Positions 43,649 to 53,481 of a DNA stretch of 64,000 nt are shown piece after piece. Numbering within the stretch: the first letter of the stretch is position 1; each line of letters begins with the position of its first letter. Origin of the DNA: an uncultured Alphaproteobacteria bacterium (GTDB taxonomy: Bacteria; Pseudomonadota; Alphaproteobacteria; Methylaequorales; Methylaequoraceae); the NCBI GenBank assembly GCA_902590895.1, contig CACIYM010000001.1, forward strand, positions 160,555 through 224,554. Direction: 5' to 3'. Both the position numbers and the translations under genes were made by a program. The notes beneath the pieces were generated by a model. It was not told the DNA's origin. It saw nothing but the letters and a program-made list of their open reading frames with translations, and did not search any database.

Positions 43649-46537
43649 ATGAAAATAAAATATTTAAAAAACCTATCTTTTTTTTTTTCAATTTTATTTC
43701 TTTTCTTGTTGACCATTTTATTCATTTTAACCTTAGTAATATCTTACAAACCTATAAAGCTTAACTTTACCGATTATTTTGATAGAGAAAGTAAAACTTT
43801 TAAAAGAATAGATATAAAAGAAATTGGTGATATATATATCAGTTTTAATAAGTCATCCAAAAACTTTGAGCTATTAATAGAAGATTTGTTAATTGATGAA
43901 ACTTATCTTCCCAGTACTTTAATTAGCTTGGATTTCACATTTTCTGAAAATATTTTTCAAACTTCAATAAAGATTTTTGATGCAGAAATCACCTTGAGGG
44001 ATAAAAGAAATTTTGAAAATGTTAGAAACGATGAGAAAAATTTAGAAAATTTTATATCTGAAAAAATAACTTTTATTAAGACATTTAATGTTATTGAAAT
44101 TATTAACTCAAAAATACTGATATTTGCAGATGATAATGCCTCACAAAAATACTTAGTTGACTTAAATTTCAAAAATAATTCTGCATTTATCCTTTTGAGT
44201 GAGCTCTCCTCTAAAAGTAACTTTGTCACAATAAATCTAGATTTTTCTGATAATTTTTTTTTTAATTTTAAGTCAAATAATTTTAATATAGATATTTTAA
44301 ATTTTCTCTATCCGAAAAGATTAGTTTCTTTTAATGATTTAAGAATTTCTGGTGAATCAAGTCTAGAAATTACTAGAAATTCAAAAATTGAGAGTTTTGA
44401 ATTTGATTTATTTTTAAACGGAAGTTTGTCATATGAAACTAATTTTAAAGAAAAACTATTAAATTTTGATAATGATAAATTCTTTGGGGTTTTTAATGAC
44501 AATGAACTATCAGTATCCTTTAATTTTTATGACATTCAATCAAATTACGAAGTTGGTATAAAAAATATTATCAAAAAAACAAACCCATCATTCTTTTTAA
44601 AGATTGATAAAATATATGTAAAAAATCTTCTTAAAATATGGCCAAAAGATTTAATGAATTCAACTTTTAATTGGATGAAAGAAAATTCAACAGGAACCCT
44701 CGAAGATGTTAATTTAGAAGTTGATTTCAATATTCAAGATCAAAACATTCAAATAGTCGATGTTTTTGGAACTTTTGAATGTAAAAATATTAATATTACT
44801 TACATGGAAGGGATGCCTGAAATAATTGATATTAACGGCACCGCCAACATAGAAAACTCTAAAGTGAAATTTGATATAAACGGTGGATCTTCAAATGGTC
44901 TGAATATTACATCTGGTAGTGTAGATTTATACGATTTAGATACAGACAATGAAAAAGCTAAAATAAATCTCGATATTCAATCAGAAAATAGTTATGTGAC
45001 CGATTATCTAAAACAAACCGAAATTGAACAAGACAATTATAATAAATTACAGGATATTGCTGGGGATGTTAATCTTAATTTAAAATTAGATTTTCCTCTC
45101 TTAGTAGACTTAAAGGCTGAGGAAATTAATTACTTAGCTGATGCTAGAATAATAAATGGATACTATAAATTATTTGATGGTCGATATGGATTAGATAGTT
45201 TTGAAATAAAAATTAACGTTAAGCCTGATATTGTAAATTTTGCAGGTAGTGGAAACGTTTTAGGTACAAATGTAAATTTTGAAGGTAAGCAAATTTTGGA
45301 AGGAATTCAAATAGTTGATGAAATAGAAGGAAAGATAAATATTGAATCTAGTGAGTTAGTAAATCTTTTACCTCAAGAATACTTTGAAAATTCCTCAGGC
45401 TCTTTACCCATAAGATTTTCTTTTATAAAAAAGGAAGATGACTTTAGATTTGAAGGAGTTGGTGAAACAGATCAGTTCAACATAGAATCCACATTACTTG
45501 GAAAAAATGCAAATTTTTCTGATGGAAAGCTTAGATTTGTAGTTAGCCCTTACGGAGAGAAAATTTCAGGTTTTTTGGATGTCAAAACAAAAAATATAGA
45601 TATTGAAGTCAACAGTATTTTTTCTGATTTAAAAATTACTAACATTGAGATTTTGAAATTTAAAACACCAAATCAAGATTTTTTATTGACAATGAAACAA
45701 CAAGATTTTGCCGAGATTAACATTCAGGGTAATACTATGACATTGCCTAAAATTAAACTAGGTGAAAAATCACCATTTCATGATCTTGATAAAATTCAAT
45801 TTAATTTGAGTCTTTCAGAAATCGTAATTGGTGTGAATAAATTTAATAATCCAAATATAAACTTTAAAAAGGATGAAAATGAATTTAGTTATTTAAATGT
45901 AAAACTTGATGGAGAAAAAGATTATCATAAAATAAGCATAAAAGATTTTGGGGATAAAAAAAAATTTTTTTTAGAAACAAACTTTGCACCAGGATTATTT
46001 AATATTTTTGACATCAATTTAAAAGTTAATACTGGAAGTCTTAAAATAGAGGGGGAAAAAATAAATAATTCTAAAACCTACAAGGGTAATATTGCAGGAA
46101 AAGATTTTGTATTTTTAGATGCTCCTTTTTTGGCAAATTTTATTACCCTGTTTTCATTGCAAGGTCTGGCTCAAAAATTAAAGGATGGAGGAATAATTTT
46201 TGAGAGTCTCAAGGGAAAATACGAATTTTCAAATGATAAATTAAGAGTTGTAGATAGTCTTTTACGGGGTAGTGAGTTAGGAATTCAGTTCGACACTGTA
46301 GTAGGATTTGAAAATGATTATTTTTTGACTACCGGATCTGTTATCCCAGCATACACAATTAATACATTACTAACAAAGTTTCCTATTGTAGGAGACATTA
46401 TAACTGCTGGATCACCTGAGGATGGTTTAATAGGAGCAAAATTTAAGGTAGAAAAGGAAGATGATGAATACAAAATATCATATAATCCAATTTCAGTTTT
46501 TGTTCCAAACCTTATTAAAAATTTTTTAGGTGATTAA
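43649..46537 (+). CDS. YhdP/AsmA-like large periplasmic lipid-bridge protein
   Basis: N-terminal TM, beta-rich body, AsmA_2-like C-terminus (IPAYTIN.LL..FPIVG.I...EGLIG..NPISV..P); usual position between bcp and tyrS. Confidence 0.8.
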   Translation: MKIKYLKNLSFFFSILFLFLLTILFILTLVISYKPIKLNFTDYFDRESKTFKRIDIKEIGDIYISFNKSSKNFELLIEDLLIDETYLPSTLISLDFTFSENIFQTSIKIFDAEITLRDKRNFENVRNDEKNLENFISEKITFIKTFNVIEIINSKILIFADDNASQKYLVDLNFKNNSAFILLSELSSKSNFVTINLDFSDNFFFNFKSNNFNIDILNFLYPKRLVSFNDLRISGESSLEITRNSKIESFEFDLFLNGSLSYETNFKEKLLNFDNDKFFGVFNDNELSVSFNFYDIQSNYEVGIKNIIKKTNPSFFLKIDKIYVKNLLKIWPKDLMNSTFNWMKENSTGTLEDVNLEVDFNIQDQNIQIVDVFGTFECKNINITYMEGMPEIIDINGTANIENSKVKFDINGGSSNGLNITSGSVDLYDLDTDNEKAKINLDIQSENSYVTDYLKQTEIEQDNYNKLQDIAGDVNLNLKLDFPLLVDLKAEEINYLADARIINGYYKLFDGRYGLDSFEIKINVKPDIVNFAGSGNVLGTNVNFEGKQILEGIQIVDEIEGKINIESSELVNLLPQEYFENSSGSLPIRFSFIKKEDDFRFEGVGETDQFNIESTLLGKNANFSDGKLRFVVSPYGEKISGFLDVKTKNIDIEVNSIFSDLKITNIEILKFKTPNQDFLLTMKQQDFAEINIQGNTMTLPKIKLGEKSPFHDLDKIQFNLSLSEIVIGVNKFNNPNINFKKDENEFSYLNVKLDGEKDYHKISIKDFGDKKKFFLETNFAPGLFNIFDINLKVNTGSLKIEGEKINNSKTYKGNIAGKDFVFLDAPFLANFITLFSLQGLAQKLKDGGIIFESLKGKYEFSNDKLRVVDSLLRGSELGIQFDTVVGFENDYFLTTGSVIPAYTINTLLTKFPIVGDIITAGSPEDGLIGAKFKVEKEDDEYKISYNPISVFVPNLIKNFLGD

Positions 46538-47794
46538 TTCCACAATTCCATATTTCTTTTTTCCAACATAGATTACAACATACTGATCTTTTTGATGAGT
46601 TTCCTTAACGAAAAGTTTTTGATTTAAGATGTAATCTTTGTCTCTGATAATTTCTTTATTAATTTTTACTGCATTTTGATTAATCAGTCTTTTAGCTTCT
46701 CCATTAGAAGTACAAAGCTTAAGATCTATTAATATTTGCTTTAGTGTGATGCCCGTAGTAATTTGATCCTTTTTCAAGATAATTTTATTTTTCGAGTTTT
46801 TTAAAGTTTTTGTATTCAACTCGTTTGATGAAAGAACTAACTTAGCTTCGTTTTCTGCACTTTTTGATAGTTCTTCGTCGTGACATAGTTTTGTTACCTC
46901 ATTAGCTAACAATATTTTTACATCATTTAGTTCCTCTCCTTTGAGTGACTTGAATTTTTCTATTTGTTTATTTTCTATTTCTGTAAAAAGGTATAAAAAC
47001 TTAACAACATCTTCATCGGAAGTGTTTCTCCAATATTGCCAAAAACTATTTACATCTAATTTATCCTCTGATAACCATATCGCTCCACTCTCAGTTTTGC
47101 CCATTTTTTTCCCAGAAGAAGTTGTTATAAGAGGTGTGGTTACTCCAAATACCTCTTCATTATTAATTTTTCTTACCAAATCAATTCCAGAAACTATATT
47201 TCCCCATTGATCTGACCCACCAAATTGAATTTTACAATTATTTTTTCTTTTCAATTCTAAAAAATCATATGCTTGTAGTAATGAATAGTTAAATTCTAAA
47301 AAACTAAGATTTTGTTCTCTATTTAGTCTTTGTTTTATAGATTCAAGAGACATCATTTTATTAACTGAAAATTTACTCCCTATTTCTCTTAAAAAATCAA
47401 TATATTTTAAATTGGTCAACCAATCATAGTTGTCTATTAATAAAGCATTATTGGAAGATTCAAAGGAAACAAATTTTTTAAAAACTTCTTTAAGTTTATT
47501 TTTATTATTTTTTATATCTTTTTCACTGAGTATTTTTCTAGTTTCGTCTTTGCCTGATGGATCACCAACTAATGTTGTTCCACCACCAAGTAATAAGATA
47601 GGTTTGTGACCAAATTTTTGGAAAATTCTTAAAAGCATAAGTGGAAGTAATGATCCAGCATGAAGACTATCAGAGGTACAATCAAAGCCAATGTAACCTG
47701 TTGTAGATTTTTTTAGAGCCAGTGTAACTCCAGCTTCGTTTGTACACTGATGGAGATATCCTCTAGATTTAATATATTTTAAAAAATCATTCAT
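46526..47794 (-). CDS. tyrS: Tyrosine--tRNA ligase
   Basis: YIGFDCT..SLHAG, GGSDQWGNI, KMGKT, S4 tail. Confidence 0.97.
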   Translation of the reverse strand: MNDFLKYIKSRGYLHQCTNEAGVTLALKKSTTGYIGFDCTSDSLHAGSLLPLMLLRIFQKFGHKPILLLGGGTTLVGDPSGKDETRKILSEKDIKNNKNKLKEVFKKFVSFESSNNALLIDNYDWLTNLKYIDFLREIGSKFSVNKMMSLESIKQRLNREQNLSFLEFNYSLLQAYDFLELKRKNNCKIQFGGSDQWGNIVSGIDLVRKINNEEVFGVTTPLITTSSGKKMGKTESGAIWLSEDKLDVNSFWQYWRNTSDEDVVKFLYLFTEIENKQIEKFKSLKGEELNDVKILLANEVTKLCHDEELSKSAENEAKLVLSSNELNTKTLKNSKNKIILKKDQITTGITLKQILIDLKLCTSNGEAKRLINQNAVKINKEIIRDKDYILNQKLFVKETHQKDQYVVIYVGKKKYGIVELIT

Positions 47795-47827
47795 TATACT
47801 TTTATACTGTGGTTATAATATTTTAAT

Positions 47828-48940
47828 ATGAAAAAGAAAGAGTTTTGTGTTTTAGGCATAATGAGTGGTACGTCAATTGATGGGTTAGACTTTTCCTTAA
47901 TAAAAACCGATGGAATAAAAAATATAAAAATAATAAAAAATAAATATTATAAATTTCATAAAAAAATAAGAGATGAAATTTCTGATTTAATAAATTTTTT
48001 TTGTTTAGAAAAAAAGTTTTTTAGAAATGAAAAATACTATAAAACTGAATTAAATTTTCTTAACTTCGTAGTTAAAAAAATTTCTTTTTTTTTATCAGAA
48101 CTATCTGATTGCGAAAAAAAAATTGATTTAGTTGGGTTTCATGGAAACACAATAATTCATAACCCAAAAAAAAATATCTCGATTCAGTTAGGCGATCCAA
48201 AAATGTTGGCAAAAACAATTAATATACCTGTGGTTGCGAACTTTAGAAATAGAGATATCGAAAATTTTGGTGAAGGTGCTCCACTTGTTCCAATTTTTCA
48301 TAAAGCAATTTTTTCAAAAAATGGAAAGAATATTATTGTGATAAATATTGGTGGAATTTCAAACTTTACATTCCTTATGGGAAAGACAGAATTGATTGCT
48401 TCGGATATTGGGCCAGGTAATACATTAATTGATAAATTTTGTATGATGAGATTTAATAAATACTTTGACAAAAACGGTTTGATAGCCTCAAAGGGAAAAG
48501 TAAATTATGACCTTGTAAACAGCTGGATGAAAAAAAAATATTTTAAAAAAAGTTTACCAAGGTCCTTTGATGCAAAAAATTTTAATTTAACAAACTTTTC
48601 TCAAAGCAAGGAAATAAGTAATCATAATTTTTTACGTTCACTAACATTCCTTTCAGCAAAATTGATAAGTGAACTTCAAACTAGGCTAAAAAAAAAAATT
48701 GATTTTTGGGTTTTTTCTGGCGGAGGGATTCATAATCTAACCCTTATGGATGAAATTAAAAATTTAATTGGAAGTGGGAATATTTTCTTATCAGATGAAT
48801 TAGGTTATAATTCTTCATTTATAGAATCCTCAGCCTTTGGTTATATTTCTGTAAGAACCTTAAAAAAATTGCCCTCGGCTTTCCCGTCAACAACTGGATG
48901 CAAAAAACGAAATATTTGCGGAGAGATTTTTTATCCTTAA
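47828..48940 (+). CDS. anmK: Anhydro-N-acetylmuramic acid kinase
   Basis: GIMSGTSIDG, GFHG.T, GEGAPLVP, NIGGISN, DIGPGN. Confidence 0.93.
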   Translation: MKKKEFCVLGIMSGTSIDGLDFSLIKTDGIKNIKIIKNKYYKFHKKIRDEISDLINFFCLEKKFFRNEKYYKTELNFLNFVVKKISFFLSELSDCEKKIDLVGFHGNTIIHNPKKNISIQLGDPKMLAKTINIPVVANFRNRDIENFGEGAPLVPIFHKAIFSKNGKNIIVINIGGISNFTFLMGKTELIASDIGPGNTLIDKFCMMRFNKYFDKNGLIASKGKVNYDLVNSWMKKKYFKKSLPRSFDAKNFNLTNFSQSKEISNHNFLRSLTFLSAKLISELQTRLKKKIDFWVFSGGGIHNLTLMDEIKNLIGSGNIFLSDELGYNSSFIESSAFGYISVRTLKKLPSAFPSTTGCKKRNICGEIFYP

Positions 48941-49572
48941 TTATTTTTTTTAAAATAAGACTTAACTTTCTCTATTACTTTATTTTCATTATTAGAAAAA
49001 AAATGGTCAGATGATTTTATTACCTCTTGCTTTACATTGATAGATTGTTGTTGATTTAATCTTTTTACAACATCCTTTATTAAATTCACCTCTATTAAGC
49101 TATCCTTTTCTGCATTAATTATCATTCCTGATGCTGGACAAGGTGCTAAAAAATTAAAATCGTATTTTCCGACAGGAGGACTTATCAAAACAAATTTTGG
49201 GATTTCTGGTCTCCTCATTAATAGTTGCATTCCAATCCAAGCACCAAACGATATACCACAAATCCAGTACTCTTTTGATTCTGGGTTTTGATTTTGAAGC
49301 CAATCTAATGCAATTGCTGAATCAGCTAATTCTCCTTCGCTTCCATCATGTTCTCCATCTGATTTACCTACTCCACGAAAATTAAATCTTAAAGTTGAAA
49401 ATCCATTATCCGAGAATAATCTGTGTAATTTCAGTGAAAGTGGGTTATTCATATTTCCACCATGCCCAGGATGAGCATGTAAGATTAAAATTGATGGAGA
49501 GTCTTTTTCATTATTATGAGTGTAGTGGGCCTCTAGTCTACCTGCGGGGCCGTTTAATAAAATTTCTGGCAT
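48937..49572 (-). CDS. Alpha/beta hydrolase
   Basis: GPAGRLE, FNFRGVG, GISFG, YDFNFLAPCP; typically divergent from cysE-iscR. Confidence 0.92.
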   Translation of the reverse strand: MPEILLNGPAGRLEAHYTHNNEKDSPSILILHAHPGHGGNMNNPLSLKLHRLFSDNGFSTLRFNFRGVGKSDGEHDGSEGELADSAIALDWLQNQNPESKEYWICGISFGAWIGMQLLMRRPEIPKFVLISPPVGKYDFNFLAPCPASGMIINAEKDSLIEVNLIKDVVKRLNQQQSINVKQEVIKSSDHFFSNNENKVIEKVKSYFKKNN

Positions 49573-49574
49573 TT

Positions 49575-49599
49575 ATACTTGACTAAAATAGTAGGATAT
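49575..49599 (+). promoter_or_regulatory. IscR type-1-like operator overlapping a TTGACT -35 element
   Basis: ATACTTGACTAAAATAGTAGGATAT closely matches the type-1 consensus ATASYYGACTRWWWYAGTCRRSTAT; upstream of the cysE-iscR operon. Confidence 0.75.
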
Positions 49600-49634
49600 A
49601 TTATTTATATAATATATATTATAATTAAATTAAT

Positions 49635-50414
49635 ATGTCAAAAGGAATATTTTATCTAATTTATTCTGATCTTAAAGCTGCAAAACATAGAGACCCTGCA
49701 GCTAGATCAACCTTGGAAGTCGTGTTCTCATACTCTGGTTTTCACGCTCTTTTATTTCATAGGATTTGTCATATGCTGTGGAATATAAAATTAAAATTCT
49801 TAGCTCGTTTCTTAAGTAATATCTCCAGAATTCTTACTTCAATTGAAATTCACCCGGCTGCATCCATTGCTGAAGGATTTTTCATTGATCATGGTGCTGG
49901 TTTAGTAATAGGTGAAACTTCTGTGGTTGGGAAAAATGTAACAATTTATCAACAAGCGACTTTAGGTGGGATTTCTCCATCTATCGATTCAGCTTCTCAA
50001 AGAAATGTGAAACGACATCCTACTATAGGCAATAACGTTATAATTGGTTCAGGTGCACAAATTCTTGGCCCCATTTATATTGGAGATGACTCAAGAATTG
50101 GAGCTAATGCAGTTGTTTTAAGAGATGTACCTGATAATATGACTTACGTAGGTGTGCCAGCTAGAAAACTTGAATCATCGATTAATAAAGATTCTTTTGA
50201 AGCATATGGAATATCAAAAGGTAAAATTGACGATCCAAATAAAAAAAGTATTTCTGTTTTGTTTAAAGAATTACATTCGCTAAACGAGAAGATATTATCA
50301 TTAGAATCCTTAATTTCGCAAACCACCCCAAAAAAAGATGTTTTTGATATTAAACTGAAAAAATCAAAACAACAAAATAAAAAGAAAAGAGTGAGAAATG
50401 AAACTAACATCTAA
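49635..50414 (+). CDS. cysE: Serine O-acetyltransferase
   Basis: RDPAARS, IEIHPAA, FFIDHG, KRHPT, GVPAR. Confidence 0.95.
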   Translation: MSKGIFYLIYSDLKAAKHRDPAARSTLEVVFSYSGFHALLFHRICHMLWNIKLKFLARFLSNISRILTSIEIHPAASIAEGFFIDHGAGLVIGETSVVGKNVTIYQQATLGGISPSIDSASQRNVKRHPTIGNNVIIGSGAQILGPIYIGDDSRIGANAVVLRDVPDNMTYVGVPARKLESSINKDSFEAYGISKGKIDDPNKKSISVLFKELHSLNEKILSLESLISQTTPKKDVFDIKLKKSKQQNKKKRVRNETNI

Positions 50415-50883
50415 AGGAAGATTCGCTGTTACATCTTTAGTTGATATGGCGATAAATTCAACTGGTAACAGGCCGATAAGTTTATCCGAAATTTCTCAAA
50501 GACAGAATATTTCTATAAATTTCCTTGAACAAATCTTTTCTTCGTTAAAAAAAAAAGGAATTGTTAAAAGCATCAGAGGTCCGTTGGGTGGGTATATTTT
50601 TGCCAAGGACCCTTCATTCATTATGATTTATGACGTTATCAATGCAACTGATGAAGAACTCAAGATTACAAGATGTAAAGGAATAGAGACTAGCTGTCTT
50701 TCCACAAAAAAAAAATCTAAGTGTTTGACACATAATCTGTGGAATAATTTGACTAATCATATTTCCTCTTTCTTAAGTTCGGTATCGATCAAAGATGTAT
50801 CTAATGATAGTTACGAGTCTTTTTTTAAATTGAAAGATAAGGAAGGGTTCAGAGACAATAATTCGAGAAATAATTATTTATGA
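50398..50883 (+). CDS. iscR: Rrf2-family Fe-S regulator IscR
   Basis: MKLTSKGRFAV, SIRGPLGGY; Cys3-His ligands (TRC..SC..KCLTH). Confidence 0.9.
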   Translation: MKLTSKGRFAVTSLVDMAINSTGNRPISLSEISQRQNISINFLEQIFSSLKKKGIVKSIRGPLGGYIFAKDPSFIMIYDVINATDEELKITRCKGIETSCLSTKKKSKCLTHNLWNNLTNHISSFLSSVSIKDVSNDSYESFFKLKDKEGFRDNNSRNNYL

Positions 50884-50952
50884 GTAATATGGAATTTATA
50901 ATTGTAATTAAAAAATTTTTACCCAAATAGTCCCTAAGGAAGGTTTATAAAC

Positions 50953-52167
50953 ATGATTAAAAACATTTATTTCGATTATCAAGCTACAACCCCAGTTGAT
51001 CCAAGAGTAATAGATAAAATGATACCTTATTTTGGAGAAATTTATGGAAACCCTCACTCAAGAAACCATTCCTACGGATGGGAAGCAGAGGAGGCTGTGG
51101 AGATTGCGAGGGAAAATGTTGCGAATATTATTGGAGCAAATCCTAAAGAAATAATTTTTACTTCAGGTGCAACCGAATCTAACAACTTGGCAATCAAAGG
51201 TTTGGCAGATTTTTACGGTGATAAAAAAAACCACATTATCACCTGTGTAACTGAACATAAATGTGTATTAGAATCCTGTAGATTTTTATCAGAAAAAAAA
51301 GGGTTTAAAGTAACATATCTTCCTGTAAAATCAGACGGCTTGATTGATTTAAAAGAACTAAAAAATGCAATTACATCAAAAACTTTGTTGGTTTCCATCA
51401 TGGGGGTCCACAACGAAATTGGTGTAATTCAGCCATTAGAGGAAATCGGAGAAATCTGTAAAAAAAATGATGTATTTTTTCATACAGATTGTGCTCAAGC
51501 AATAGGTAAAATTCCATTAGATGTAAATCAGATGAATATCGACTTGATGAGTATATCAGGTCATAAAATATATGCTCCAAAGGGAGTAGGTGCACTTTAT
51601 GTAAGAAGAAAGCCTAGAGTTAGGATATCCGCTATGATGAGTGGTGGTGGGCAAGAAAGAGGTATGAGGTCAGGTACTTTATCTCCAGCTCTTTGTGTGG
51701 GATTAGGTGAGGCATGTAAAATTTATTCAGAAGAAATGGAAACTGAGAATAAAAAACTTGAAAAGCTCAAAAACGCTTTCCTTGAAGGTATCAGAAGTAG
51801 TTGTGATGAAATCTATCTTAACGGTTCTGAAGAGAAAAGAGTTCCTGGAAACTTAAACTTAAGTTTTGCTTATATCGAAGGAGAATCACTTATGATGGGA
51901 ATTAAAAATCTCGCTGTTTCATCAGGTTCAGCATGCACCTCTGCATCTCTTGAACCTTCATATGTTCTTAAGGCTCTTGGAGTGGAAGAAGAACTAGCAC
52001 ACACAAGTCTTAGAATAGGTCTTGGTAGATTTACAACAGAAGAAGATGTAAAACATGCTGTAAACAAAATAGTAAGTGAAGTGAAAAGGTTGAGAGCTCT
52101 AAGCCCACTTTGGGAAATGGCCCAAGATGGAGTTGACTTAACTAAAATAAACTGGGCTGCCCATTAA
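50953..52167 (+). CDS. iscS: Cysteine desulfurase IscS
   Basis: [31 protein letters not shown]-terminal WAAH. Confidence 0.97.
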   Translation: MIKNIYFDYQATTPVDPRVIDKMIPYFGEIYGNPHSRNHSYGWEAEEAVEIARENVANIIGANPKEIIFTSGATESNNLAIKGLADFYGDKKNHIITCVTEHKCVLESCRFLSEKKGFKVTYLPVKSDGLIDLKELKNAITSKTLLVSIMGVHNEIGVIQPLEEIGEICKKNDVFFHTDCAQAIGKIPLDVNQMNIDLMSISGHKIYAPKGVGALYVRRKPRVRISAMMSGGGQERGMRSGTLSPALCVGLGEACKIYSEEMETENKKLEKLKNAFLEGIRSSCDEIYLNGSEEKRVPGNLNLSFAYIEGESLMMGIKNLAVSSGSACTSASLEPSYVLKALGVEEELAHTSLRIGLGRFTTEEDVKHAVNKIVSEVKRLRALSPLWEMAQDGVDLTKINWAAH

Positions 52168-52187
52168 TTTTTTGAAAGGAGAAAAAA

Positions 52188-52571
52188 ATGGCATATAGTA
52201 AAAATCTTATTGATCATTACGAGAACCCAAGAAATGTCGGTTCCATGGACAAGGAATCAAAAGAGGTTGGAACTGGTTTAGTTGGAGCACCAGCATGCGG
52301 AGATGTAATGAAACTTCAGATAAAGGTTAGCAATTCTGGAATTATTGAAGACGCAAAATTTAAAACCTTTGGCTGTGGCTCAGCAATAGCTTCCAGCTCC
52401 TTAATCACTGAATGGGTAAAAGGAAAAAGCGTTGATGAGGCTCACTCAATAAAGAATACAGAAATCGCTAATCATTTAGCCTTACCTCCTGTTAAAATCC
52501 ATTGCTCAGTTTTAGCTGAAGATGCAATTAAAGCAGCTATTGCTGATTACAAAGATAAAAATAAAAAATAA
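52188..52571 (+). CDS. iscU: Fe-S scaffold IscU
   Basis: GAPACGDVM, FGCGSA, LPPVKIHCS. Confidence 0.97.
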   Translation: MAYSKNLIDHYENPRNVGSMDKESKEVGTGLVGAPACGDVMKLQIKVSNSGIIEDAKFKTFGCGSAIASSSLITEWVKGKSVDEAHSIKNTEIANHLALPPVKIHCSVLAEDAIKAAIADYKDKNKK

Positions 52572-52895
52572 ATGTTAAACGTAACCCCAAGTGCTGTAAA
52601 CCATATTAAAGAAATGATTTCCTCAAGAGGAAAAAACACGCTTGGTATAAAAGTCGGTATCAATACAAAGGGATGTTCAGGTCTTTCTTACACAATGGAG
52701 TTTGTAGATCAAATAGACGACAGCGACGAGATGATTGTGATCGACGATGTCAAAATATTTATCGATAAAAAAGCTTCACTTTTTTTGATAGGTACAGAAA
52801 TGGATTACGAAAAAGGTGAGTTGGAATCAGGTTTTAAATTCATCAATCCCAATGAAAAGGGAAGATGTGGCTGTGGTGAATCCTTTCACGTCTAA
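52572..52895 (+). CDS. iscA: A-type Fe-S carrier IscA
   Basis: GCSGLSY, CGCGESF. Confidence 0.95.
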   Translation: MLNVTPSAVNHIKEMISSRGKNTLGIKVGINTKGCSGLSYTMEFVDQIDDSDEMIVIDDVKIFIDKKASLFLIGTEMDYEKGELESGFKFINPNEKGRCGCGESFHV

Positions 52896-52901
52896 AGCTT
52901 A

Positions 52902-53480
52902 ATGGAGGTCAATATTCCATGTTGGAATTGCCAAACTGAAACCAAAGTTGTCAACTTTCGTTGCAGCTTTTGCAAAATGATCCAAAATATAAGTAAAACA
53001 AACCCCTACGACATATTCAATTTAAATCAAAGTTATTTAATTGATATTGAGGAGTTAGAAATGAAATATTGTGAACTACAAAATATTTTTCACCCAGATA
53101 AATTTATAAATTCAACTGAGAAGGAAAAGGAAATATCAGCTTATGAATCATCTAATATTAATAATGCATATAATTTATTGTTGAATAATGTTGATAGAAT
53201 TAAAATTTTATTAAAACTTAAAGGATATAATACCAATTCAAATAATGAAAAGTCCTTTACTGATAAAGATTTATTAGAGGAGATTATGGAATTACAAAAT
53301 AGGTGTATGTCAATTGAAAACGAAAATCAAAAAGTTAAAATCAAAACTGAAATTATCGAAAAAATAAGAATAATTGAATCAGAAATAAATCAAAATTTTG
53401 AAAAAAAAGAATTTTCTGAAATAAAAAATCTAAGTGTCAAACTTTCTTATTTAGAAAAAATCAAAAAAAATTTAAACTAA
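52902..53480 (+). CDS. hscB: Fe-S co-chaperone HscB with N-terminal tetracysteine motif
   Basis: CWNC..CSFC, J-domain HPDKF, INNAY; position in isc operon. Confidence 0.92.
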   Translation: MEVNIPCWNCQTETKVVNFRCSFCKMIQNISKTNPYDIFNLNQSYLIDIEELEMKYCELQNIFHPDKFINSTEKEKEISAYESSNINNAYNLLLNNVDRIKILLKLKGYNTNSNNEKSFTDKDLLEEIMELQNRCMSIENENQKVKIKTEIIEKIRIIESEINQNFEKKEFSEIKNLSVKLSYLEKIKKNLN

Positions 53481-53481
53481 A

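Noticed and set aside
50880..50930. 16-codon ORF between iscR and iscS
   Set aside because: Too short, with no motif or other support.
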